This document shows, piece after piece, positions 36,701 to 48,904 of a stretch of DNA of 64,000 nt. Below the pieces are notes generated by a model. That model saw only the letters and a program-made list of their open reading frames with translations. It searched no databases and was not told where the DNA came from. Numbering within the stretch: the stretch's first letter is position 1; every line of letters starts with the position of its first letter. Made by a program: the position numbers and the translations under genes. The DNA lies in NCBI GenBank assembly GCA_051294375.1, contig CM119271.1:14576770-14640769 (forward strand), in the 5' to 3' direction. This stretch comes from Paraspadella gotoi (Eukaryota > Animalia > Chaetognatha).

Positions 36701-39700
36701 TTTTATTAGTAAATTGATCTATAATAACCTCGAGGGTGGCGCCATTATCCTCGCTAATAACAATAATAAGAACAATTATAGCCAATATTTCAACTACTTT
36801 GAATAAAAATGAATGAAAAGTACAAAATTCAAAATAATCTTTAAAGAAGTAAAAATAAGTTAAAAATAAATATGATTTTACTAATTTTATGAATTGGGCA
36901 CAAGAAGAAGAGGGAGGGGAAAGAGAGATAGAGAGGGGGTAAAGTTTCCAGAAGTTTGTAGAAAAATTTGTAATTCACAAAGAACTTTGACGCTGATGAA
37001 GGCTCAAATTGTGAGCTGAAACATGTTCGTCTAATAATAAAATTGTTGCAAATAAATTATTCGTCTCCATTAAAAGCATTAAAACGCGAATTTTAAAGAC
37101 ATATCAAATGTGAAGGTTCAAAGGCCATGTGGAATCCACTTTGAGGTTGGGAATCTACATAAACCTACACCGATATCACTAACTTAACAAAATAACGAGG
37201 GAAGTCAGCGGTTATTGATTAAAAATAGATTTTATATTGTAATTTCTTTCGTTTTGTTGTAGTTGGTAAGTTTTAGATACAAAGTTTTTCTTGTTTAAAA
37301 ACAAATGTAAAAGTGAAGCAAAAAATATGGACATGTTTCCGCTCTGATGAGAGCCTTCTTTAGCGCGAATTTGCTTTGTGAAATTTTTTTTATTTTCATG
37401 AAGCAAATTCGCGCTCTTATCAGAGGCGAACCATGTCCGGTTGTCCGTATTTTTTTCACTTTTCTCTTCAGAGCTCAAACGTTGTACCCGCTCAAAAACC
37501 CGTTTTTACTGTGAGATATTTTGGTCTCACGCTCGCGAAGGAAAACATTCGAACGTTGCCCGTTCCGACTGTCTTAACATGGGTCTCCGGTAGAATTTGA
37601 CTAATAAAGTTTCACAGAAAATGAGAAACGTCTTTTCTATTCGGAACGGGCAACGTTCGAATGTTTGCCTTCGCGAGCGTGAGACCAAAATATCTCACAA
37701 CCATTGTTTTTAAACAATAAAAAATATATTTTCTCTCTATTTTGTTTTGAATTTTGAATTTTATGTATTAAAAACGGACATCTTTTAGCGCTGAAGAAGG
37801 CTTGGATTAAAGTCAAAACTTGTCCTTTTTATTTAATAACTAAAACTCATTGTTTATAATCATAGTCGTTAATTTTTTGAATAAAATTTTTTTAAGCATC
37901 AATGAATGAAAAAGCCGTTTTCTTAATCAAACCTTAATCATAATTCAAAAATAAAAAAAACATTTTCTCTTATTTTCAAAATATTGACTTTCAAAGAAAT
38001 TCACCACCCACATTTAAAAAACTGTTTAGAAGAAAAAAAATAATAAATTTTAAAAAAATATATTTTTTTTGGCATTGATTGACCCTTTGGGAATTCATGT
38101 CAGCTCATGGTTGAATAATCCCCATAATAGTTCTAATTGTATACAAAATTTTCTTAAAATTAGTTGACAATCTTGTCAAAAACCGATTATGTAAAAAAAA
38201 TGTGCAATTTTAATATATAGTCTTTTTAATTGTTATCGTTTTACATCATTTGTGAACCAAAACAAAAAAATTAAGTATTAGCGTTATAAGTAAATATAAT
38301 TTGATTAATTTACTAAGCATGCTGACCGAATAACTGCTTGGTTCTTTCAAAATCTGTGTCTTTTTTCAACCGGAAGTAGTTCGCGCCAAAAGTGGCGAGG
38401 AAAGTCCATAAAGAGCATTCGAAAAAAATTTTTAGGTTGATATTCGTTTTCTCCCAGCAAATTTGGAATGAGAAACTTTGCAAGAATCAACAACTTTCAA
38501 AAAATGTGTGATATTTCTGGGAGGTCTACCGGGGAGTGAGGCATCTCGCGACAGCTGGCGCTCAGGGCTTTAGACCTGCAGTGACCAATCCATGTCACTG
38601 GCGAGTTTATGCCGACACCATCACACTTTAACCAGTGTGACCGTGAGGGAATTTAACCCGGAACTCACGGTTAGTGAACGAGTATTTAGCTNNNNNNNNN
38701 NNNNNNNNNNNNNNNNGTCCAAGCCAATGGGACGAGCTCAGTTTCACCAAGCTATAAAGGAGCCAAATTTAGGATTGGCCACAATATAATAATAAATCTT
38801 GTAGCCAGACTACCCACCGTCGGTTTCTTCTCCCGCTTGAAGAAAAGCCCTCTTCACGGCCTCCAAAATGACGGGATGATGGAACCGAAGGAGCCGCGGC
38901 GACGACTGCGCGCTGTCGACCGATCCACGCCTACAACGCTGCTGCCGATGCTGCAGTGTCGGGGGCCATGTGGACGGTCGCGGCAGCAACGGAGCGGACG
39001 AGGGTTGAAGCAGCGGAGAGAGGGTGTCGACGACGGCGCCCCAGACTTGACGGGGAAGCGCGCGGGGGATTCGGGCCGACTCCTTTTCGCTACGCTCCTC
39101 TTCGCCCTTTTCCACGTGTTCCGAGGGCGGAAGCAGTCGGTCCTTGTCGCAGAGGAGCTCGCTGGATTACAGAGAATGGATACTTAAAAAAGTTGCATCA
39201 AGTTGAGTGATAAATTTATAAATTAATTATTGATTAACTACCTCAACTCGTTTTCGTACAATCCCTTCTTCGACATCGCTATGAGGCACATAGCAGCGAT
39301 GACTAGATCTAGATTAAAAAAAAAAAAATTATAAACGTTTGTTTATTATCAGAGGTCCCCCCAAAAATTTTTACCTTTAAAGTTTTCGCAATCGACCTTG
39401 CGGCATCTCACGTTGGTTTTGATGAAAGGAAACTTAAGCAGGATCTGTCGCAATCTCCCGTCCAGCGTCCCTTCCATCTTCTCCACGGCGCGAAACACGT
39501 TGGACCACGGGTCCAGATTGGCCAGTTCCAGTAGGCAGAGGAATAGCCAGAGCGGATTGCCGGCGTCGGCTTTGGCAGCCACCGTCTCCAACGGTCGCCC
39601 GCCGATCACTTTGCGACGGAGACGCGAGCGGAGAAAGGCGTGGACGTCGGGGGCGTCGAGAGGCGGGAGATCCATGAGGCGCGGCTTCGTCTCTCGAGTC

Positions 39701-42700
39701 TCCAGATCGCGGAGAAAGCGGCGGGATGCGGCGGCGCGGGAGAGGGTGAGGATCACGCGGACGTTTTGGCCTGAGGGGAGATAACAGATCGAGTAAGTTC
39801 GTTGATGTTATTTTGTCCTCGACTTGCCAGCCGTTCAATGATTACAACTAAATTTTTGCTAAAGGAAAACCTATTTCAATGACGTCAAAGGTCTCCAACA
39901 AGAATACTAGTAGCGGTAGTATTTCATACACTGCTACTCGTCCGAGAATTTATGGTTTCCAATGCGAACGGGGATTCTTATCATGGACTCCTCTTCCACC
40001 ACGGTAGTTGCTCTTTTGTTCCAGATGTCGTGTGTCCACATAGAAAGCGACAAAAAGATAAAAACGGAAAAAGCAGGATCCTCCTGCTCTTCCATCCTCT
40101 GCTCTTCCTCCTCTCAGTACTAGCTCAGCGAAAGCGAACGCCACGAAATCACTTCAGTCCACCAAGACCCACTGCAGAGGACTCCACGCCGCTCCCGACA
40201 GTTAGCAAAACGGAAGAAGTCTGTGCTCCAGACCAATCCCCTGCACGTTAGAATAACGTCTCAGATCCACGCCCTTGGCAAAAGCTTCGATTACAGCCAT
40301 AAGCGCGTGTCGAGCCAGGGGCGCCGCCTGTATGGTCCGCTCTCCAAAGATCGACTTGAGAATCGATGAAATAACGTTGTGAAGAGATAATGGACCATAA
40401 GGGAGGCGTGGAGAAGTAAAGAGGAAATCGTGCTGGGTCGCAATTCCTGACGAACACGAAGCCAAAAAACCAAAGCATGAGACTGTGGCAACGACTTGAG
40501 CCATGCAGTCTATCCAAACGAAAGACAGGACAAGACGACGGAAACTATCAAGTTCTTGGACAGTTGAGGAAGGCACCAAAACGAACTGGTCAGCAGCCAA
40601 CATCCATGTGACCAGGTCCACAACGTAAGCGAAGCCAAGCTCTGAAGGCCTCTGCAGAGGCCAGTGTGGCAAGGGAGGAAATCAGTACTTCCTCAAAACA
40701 TGAGCCGGAGAATAGGTAGAGGCGGTAAGTATCAAAAAACTCGCAGAACTGCGGCGTACACTCCAAGCCGGGAACATCCTGCCGGGTAAAGGGCGTTTTT
40801 GAAGACACCCTTCAGCAAACGGCAGACCAAAGGTGTTGTGACCCACTGGAGAACCATCCACATGAGGCAAAAGTAGCGGAGATAGCCGATTCTGTTGCAA
40901 ATTCACTGTGCTATAAGACAGACCCGTCGTCGCTGGATGGAGCTGGAGATTACTCGAGAACGTCCTTCCAAAGCGGGCCTGAGCCTCGAAGGCCCCTACG
41001 CTGAAGGAAGGAGTCAAAACATCGCCAGACCCTGTTTCGTAACGGGATCCTGTAGAAACCCCTCCAGCTGTCAGAGATGAGCGCTGAAAAAGCTGCAGTT
41101 TTTTGAGTCTTGGAGCCGACCTACTTGCGCGCCTCCTATAATCCTCCAGACGACAACTTGAGGGGCGAAATCCGAGAGCTTGCGGATAGAGCTATCCGTC
41201 GGCTTTGTCCAACACGCATTGACGAGACCACGGGAGACGAAGAACCTCCAACACCCGAAGAGTCAACAAACAACGGGAACCACTTCTGGGCTGCGCCAAC
41301 AGAGGCGTCACCAGAAAGAAATCCCCCCTGGGCCTCGCTCAACTTGAGGACCACCTTCGGGGATCCGGAATGGGAGAGGGAAACCGTAGCCTACAAAGTC
41401 CTCATGTCGAAAATCCAAACTGGACTGAGGGCATCCAGTCCGAGAGATCCTCCTCCATCTTCCAAGAGGAGTAGCGAGAACTTGACGGTTGAGAGCGCCG
41501 TCGCACAAACAGATCTATTCTGGGCAACCCAGACGCGTCGAAATCCGTCGAAAAAACTTGTGGGAGAGAGATGCCAATCCTGAACAGCTCTTCTCGCGTG
41601 ATGCTGCATCCGCGAATCAAATTCTCCTCCGATGAAATGTTGCGTCCCCACAATTGTGATCTGCAGAGACTGAGCCAGAAGTAGAAGAGAATCCCTGACA
41701 ACTTCTGAGATCCTGTGAGCGGCTGCAGGAAGCGGCCGGAGACAAACCAGAGACCACAAGCCTGTCGGTTCTTCACAATAGATTGCAGCCTGGTATCTGC
41801 TGGACGCGAGGAACGGCAGGCAAACTGCAGCAGGCCATGAACTCCTTCACAGTGTTATATGGAGTATGGGCATCCACAACTTCCCAAATCTCCCCCGGTG
41901 AAAGCCCGCGAAACAGGGGAAGCCCAACCCTCCTGGGAGCGATCTGTCGTCACTTCCGCCGTTGCAAGAATCCGCGAGAACTCGGCGATCGGAGGCAAAA
42001 AGGCAGTTCTGGATCCGAGCTTTGACATCCAAACGCAGCTCACTCTCGCCGCCTCCGAAAGAGGACTGTCTTCCCCAGATCTTCTCCGTGAGTAGACACG
42101 GATTGACGTCCGCGTTGAATCCTTGCCGCTCTGCAACGAATGAGCAGGACTGCCAAAGAGGGCTCGTCGACAAGACCCAGCAGCGCGAAGAACCTGAAGG
42201 GCTGATGAGGTGGGCTCTAAGCAAGGAGAGAGTGCAGGCCATTCTCGCGACAGTGACAAAATCTTCGTCCAAGGAGCGCAACATCGATGAAGCGCCTCCC
42301 GTCCCATTGGAGACCAAGAACTGAAAACTTGCGTCGGACACCAGGAACTTGCACTTCTGGTGGATGATGAGAACCGCATCCTTCGAGAGTCGAGAGCATG
42401 GGAAGGACACCCTGCGAAGTGAGAGTGTTCACCAGGACACTTCTTGCGAGGTCCCCCAGTTTCAGAATATCGTCTATTGAGAAAAGGCCACCTGATGCCC
42501 CTCTTGCGGAGGCCAGGCGACTAACGGGCGTGTCGTCTTATGGTGAACAGCCAAGGACCGGTGCCAAACGAAAGGAAGGACTTTGTACTGATAAACGCGC
42601 CTCTCCAACATGAAACCGACTCAAAAACTTGCGATGATCCACATGAAGAGAGGCAAGTGGAGTATAGAGCGGTCGCGAGATCGATAGACGAAGCCCAGTC

Positions 42701-45700
42701 CCCCGGAAGAAACCATCTTCCGCAACATCCTGACAACCTTCCATCCGGAAGTAAGGAGGGACAATGAGGACTTGTTGAGCTTCTTCAAAATTAGATCTGC
42801 CTCATCCCCCTCTTTTTTGGGAACCAGTAAAAAATCTTGGAAAATAATCCCGGAGAAGGTTCCACCTCTCCACGCACCCTTTTCGCAAAGCTGCCGCTAT
42901 CTCTGTCGTCGATGAAGGAGTACCCTGTCCCCAAAAAGAAGCGCGTCTCCGTGCCGAAAGGGAGAGCATCCTGGCTAGGATCCTGTTTCGCTCCTGCAAT
43001 GAGGGAAACCCTTCACGTTTGTTAGAATATGGAGAATTCCTGTCCGACCTAATCCGCCAAAAACATGGGACGAAGTGTTGCAAGCGCCCTCCCACCGGGA
43101 AGGCGGAAGACGGGCGCCCGAGAAGACAAAATCGAGTCCTGGGACAGATCCATGGTCTTTGATGTCCAAGTTGGCTGGACGATGGCGACGGCCGAGAGGG
43201 GCGTCATATGAAGTCATCTTGGATCCTTCGACGCCGCTCCATCCCCCTTTCCCGACGCTAAAGATTCGGGACTTGCGATAAGGCTTGTAGGAACCCCTGG
43301 ACTTAGCAGAACCTTCTTCCGCGGAGCTGCCATTATTTTTGGGCGAAAAGCTGAGCTTGAAAAGAGAGGAATGGATAGCCGCACGAAACCTCCGCTCGAG
43401 CGATTCCCAAAATAAAAATCCACAGAAAGGAGGGGAATCCGTCAGTGTAGCTTTTAAGTCCTTCGGAGAGACTGCCACTTACAAGGGACGTCGAATCAGC
43501 CAAAGCTGGAATTAAGAAAGAGCGCCGCCATTGAAGCTGCATCCGTTGAGGGCAGCACCAAAGTCTTCCAATCCAAAATCAGTTCGGATCTGCGCCAGAA
43601 GCTTGAGAGACGCAATATATGGAATTAGGCCTTCTGCAGTGTGAACGGACAGATGAGCATACGGCCCCCGCATCCTCACTAGAGCGATGAGTCTGCTTGA
43701 AAAGAGCAGTCCGATTTGCGCATCCTTTGGAAACGGCAATCAAATTGTGCGGACACAAGTTACTCCTTCAGTGGAGGTCCAAAAACAGCCAGGGAAGATC
43801 CATTCAAACCCACGAGCATAAATAGATCTGCAGGATTGACCGTGTGCTCCCACCTTGGCGAGCGTTCCGAAGAACACAGAACTGCAGCTCCTTTCATTGC
43901 TGACACACCCACTCGAAGGAACTGATGGCAGTCTTGCGTTTGGAATAAAAGTCTTTCAAATCCCACTGGAGCATCAGAAGTGAAGAAGAGTTCGCCTCCT
44001 CCAACAGATGAATCATCGTCCGGTGCCAATGGCTATTTGCAGAAGTAGATTGAGACGAACTAACTCCATATCCCGACTTAGGGAAAGAGCCGGGTTAGCA
44101 TGACAAGCTTTTGGCGCAGAAGCGCGGAACTTGATCATGGAAACGAATCAGCAGCAGCAGTAGAAGGTGATGCGGAGACAAAAGCTGAAATTCCAGGAAG
44201 CCATGAACCATCGTACATGAAAAGGAAAAGAAAAAATACCGATTAGAATAAGCGCAAACCAAAAAAGACAAAAACCCCGAAGCCGCCCTCCACCACCGGT
44301 GGTTGCCAGGGTGGACGGCGGGAGACCACGTGGTGGAGAGGAGCCATGAAGAATCCCGGTTCCATTTGGAACCATAAATTCTATCATGTCGCTCCTCTCC
44401 ACCACGTAGTTGCTCCCAGTAACAAGAGCGGCAGGGATAAAAAACAAGAAAACAAGACAAAGTCGAATTGGTGGAGCGAAAAATAATCGAAAAAATTTCA
44501 CTAATGTATGCCAAAAAGGCCAAAAATCACAAATAAAGAGAACATCAACTCACCGTTGCCACGAAGCCATATCCGATCGCATGAACGTTGAAACTCCTCC
44601 CACTGCTGCTGAAAGAAGGACCCTCCTGTATTATGCCAAGTTGATTCGTTTCACCGCTAAGAGCCGAGTCCTTTTGAAGGCGAATGCACCACGTCCTCTC
44701 CCCTACCACCATACGCCGATGAATAAGTCGGTGCACCCGGCCTCGAGCCCACCAGGGAAGTACCCAGCGGCGGGTCGCGGACCTCGGCGGCGCCTAGCGC
44801 ATGTTCACCCCGAGGGAGAACAGAGGCCGTTACGGGAGTGGAGGAGGCGGAGACAGGCCCCTAAAACGTCGGGCGGCTCCGGAGTCAGACCCATTTCCGG
44901 GCCCGCCTCGCTCGCTTTTGACCGCTTTTTACGCGGCTCGATTTCGGTTTGCGAGACTCGGACATCTTGACAATAAACCAAAACCGACTTCGAGATTCAC
45001 CCCAAACTGAATCGAAAACAATCTCGGAAGGGGAAAAAGAATTTCCGTTAGTATCAAATTATTTCCAAAAAAATAATTGCAAAAAATAATTCACAAAATT
45101 CAAAAATATTTCAAAAAACCTGTGAACGACAAGTCTGTGAACAAAAAAAGTGATTTCGTGGCGTTCGCTTTCGCTGAGCTAGTATCTGAGAGGAGGAAGA
45201 GCAGGAGGGGAAGAGCAGGAGGATCCTGCTTTTCCGTTTTATTCTTTTGTCCATTTCGGTGGACAAACACGACATCTGGAACAAAAGAGCAAACACGTGG
45301 TGGAGAGGAGCACATGATAGGATCAGTAGCACCTATGGCGCGGAGGTAGCACGAGCTCCTCCCAACCCAAAGGACTCGGGTTCGCGCTCTGCTGATTCAC
45401 ACAAGTAAAAGCGGGACGGGCGTCTAACCCACCTGTAGTGACAGACTACAGCCCGATCCGAAGTTCGGGGACCTTGTGTGCAACGGACGGTAAACTGCTC
45501 GCGGCATCGCCTTCCACAATTATCAAATTATTTACACAAATAAACGAGGAGATTAATAATTATTGAGGGAGATTATGATGATTAAAAGGTGATTCAAAAT
45601 AGAAAGTAAATACCCCGTGTTCCGTTCGCGTTGGTGGTTTTAGGCCTCCATCACTCTTACAAGATAATGAAATAGCAGGTCCCTGCAAGCTTTCAATCAA

Positions 45701-47896
45701 GACTCTCTCACAGTCTCGTTTATTCACTCCCAGAGTTATAAGTTTATATATAAGTTTCATTTCGTGTTTAATTCATTTACTATTCTTTGTTTAATTTTTT
45801 ATCTAACACAGTAAAATTGGCGAAGATAGACCATTTTAGGCGTGTTCTTGATTGAATTTAAAAAGAAAATTATATCATAAAAAATCCCTATTAATGGTCT
45901 AATCAATGGCGTATCTGAATTATCTTAGAATTAAAAAAAAATACTGTCCTGAGCATGTTCTTAACTGTCTTAAATAATTATTTCATTAATAATTAATAAT
46001 TTATTTTAATAATTTAAAGTAATTAATCAGTAATTTTAATGAGACCATTAAAGAAAGGTCGTTTTACATAAGTAATATCAAATTAATCTTATACTTTGGT
46101 ATAGAATGAAGAATTAAAATTTAAAAAAATATTTATCCAATGAAAAAATGGTACGCATTTTTTGGGTGTCACTCGCGAACGGACACGGGGTAGTTCATGA
46201 AATTGGGAATTTTGATGTTAGTTTCTTGAGGGTAGGTTGAAGACTGCCCCATTTCATTTCTCTTTTTTTTTGTTAGAAATTTGTCTTTTTTTGCAACCTG
46301 AGCTTTGAGGAAGACAGAAGTAATTAAATTAGCGTTTTCATTAATAAAATTAAGTCTTTAATTTTAAGAATTTTACTTCTGGCGGAAAAACAGCATCAAG
46401 AAATCATGCGATCTTGTCAGAATGACAAAACTAAATGGGGTAAGTTCTCATCTTTCCTGACCCATTTCAGAGGACTCACCCAATTTGAGAGGAAGCCATG
46501 AGAAGGCGGCGGCCGGGGATCCGTTGCCACGAACGAATTCGATTCCGTCGAGAATGAGGAGATGACGACGAGGATAATCTAGAGAGAGCGCCTCGCGGGT
46601 CAACGCAGGTAGGTTACTGGTCAAGATGGAAAAAGAACATGAAAAAGAGGTCCAACTTTGTTATGCATCAAATTTTAAACGCATGCTCATTGCTCTTACA
46701 CAAAAACACTTTAATTATATAATATATATGATATATATTATATAAATATAGTCTGAGAGAGAAAGAAAGATGTGAGATGTATTGGAAAAGACGGTCTTCA
46801 AAAAAAAATGATAAAAAAGGGTTTCAAGTCCAGAGACGAAAATCGGAGAAGCGAATGCCTGAATGGGATTATCGCGAAAAGACGCGAGCCCGGAGAGGAT
46901 GAGGAAGAGAGGATTGAGAGAGAAAGAGGAGCGAAACGAGATATCGTGAAGCGCCTTTTATTCGACAAAACGCGTCAGGATTCACTAATAATGGAAGGAA
47001 AAGGGAAGAACGATGCGACTCGCTCTCTTCTTCGACGACACGTGGTCACGGCCACGGTCACGGCCACGGTCACGGCCATAAATCGTCTTCTCCATTTCAC
47101 ATACAACTATGAGATTGGTTCGCCTTCATCCCGCTCACGGCATTCCCTTCTTTTCTCAAAATCCTTTGAATTATACGAGCCTTTTTACGATGGCCAAGAG
47201 GGTGAATGTCAAAGAGAGAGAACAAAGAGAACTACCAATGGTACCAATTTTTCGGGAACACGAACATAAATCGTCTGCCTCAAGATAGATTTGTCCATTT
47301 TACTTCTCAAAGACAAGATCGCCTCTCCCGTCCATTTTTTTCTCATCCCAAGAAGTGGTCAGTGAGAATAAGTCAGTCAGATAAGAACAAGTTTGAGCAA
47401 ACAATGTCGGATCTGCTACGATAATTAATTAATTAATTGATTAATTAATTATTTAATTAATAGATTTAATTAATTAATTAATAGATAATTAATTAATAGA
47501 TTAATTATAATTTATATTCAGCTTGTCATCATCGATGTCCTTAAATTGAGTCAGGACAGTTATTAAATGTTTTGTTTACATTTTATCAAAACAAACAAAT
47601 ATCTCTATTATCGAGCCAGGCGGGCAAAGCCCGTCCTTCTAGATTTTTTTTCGGTTTAGCTTTCGGTCTCGCTTTTTTGCAATCATGGCTTCTGAAGTGT
47701 GATATCATAGGGGAGTTGAATTTTCATATATGGCTTCAATCATCAGATCTTTAAAATTCTCATGTTTCATATCAATATTGGTATTTGTTATTTTATTACA
47801 AAACAAAACGTTTTAATTATATGTCGCTCTCTCTCTCTCTCTTTTCTCCGTCACTGTCTTCTTTAAACGATTCCGCTCTGAGCGTCTGTCAGCTTT

Positions 47897-47938
<42 letters not shown>

Positions 47939-48439
47939 TTTTTACAAAAATTTTTTTAGATATAATGTGGGTTCACTATGTAAAAAACGATGCCGCGAAC
48001 AAGGCGCGACCCGGGTCTTTGGGTAGAGAATAGCTCACGCTACGTGCGGGCGCCATAAGTACTGCTGATTCTTTAACGAGTAAGGGGCTGTAGAGCTCTC
48101 TCTCTCTCTCTCTCTTTAATTATTATATATCGCTCCTTTCTCTTTCTCTTTTTCTCTGCAGGGCTGTCTCTCTTCTCTCTCTCTTTTTCTCTCTCTCTCT
48201 CTGTCTCTCTGTCTCTCTGTGTGTGTCTGTCCCTATCTTCAAAAAGTACATTCTGCGTGCTGTTAAAATTCGTTATTTTTGTTTCCTGTTCTAAAAACTT
48301 TTTTTAGTTGCCATTTATTCCGGCTTTTTTTTCAATACAAAAATCCTAATTTTTCATCCGAGATTTTCGCTGAATTTATTCTCATTTCTTTCTTTCCGTC
48401 TCTCTCTCTCTCTCTTTTTCTCTTCTCTCTCTCTTTCTT

Positions 48440-48479
<40 letters not shown>

Positions 48480-48873
48480 ACTCATACACCGCATTTGTTT
48501 GTTTTTATGCCTATCAATCGCAAATCCAATGACATGACAATCATCGAATCAATGAATGACAATCATCGCATTCACTGAATGACTATCATCACAGCAGTGA
48601 ATGACTATCATCGCATCAATAATTGATTATCATCGAATCAATAATCAATTCCTATTACATCAATAAATTTACTATTACTCAATCAATTATTATTACCTCA
48701 AATCATTACTAGTACATCAACAATTCGTATATCGCATGATTCATTCGTTTTTTCCCGGTTTTTTCATTAATTTTCTATGATAGTGGGCTCTGGCTTGATC
48801 TTGAGTCTTTTAAGATTTTTTTTATTTTATGTCTCCTTCTCTCTCTCTCTCTACTCACTTCTCTCTCTCTCTC

Positions 48874-48904
<31 letters not shown>

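Larger units (their letters stand above)
36258..38528. mobile_element. Non-autonomous hAT-like DNA transposon with ~165-bp imperfect TIRs and an 8-bp TSD
   Basis: TAGGGCTCCCAAAAATATC..aaagttgttggttctcgcaaagtttc is mirrored by gaaactttgcaagaatcaacaacttt..GATATTTCTGGGAGGTCTA. The TSD is CCGGGGAG (left copy one G short), and the empty site is visible at 28207-28214. Confidence 0.8.

Noticed and set aside
40200-44100. Numerous short ORFs and frameshifts in the DIRS element (programmed frameshifting?)
   Set aside because: Scattered 1-bp indels also affect the non-coding ITRs, which points to decay or unpolished consensus.
44410-44970. 186-aa plus-strand ORF in the DIRS leader
   Set aside because: The frame is not preserved in the second copy at 28.4-28.9 kb and there are no recognisable motifs.
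45329-45398. Functional tRNA-Gly gene
   Set aside because: Acceptor and anticodon stems do not pair, so it was treated as a SINE head.
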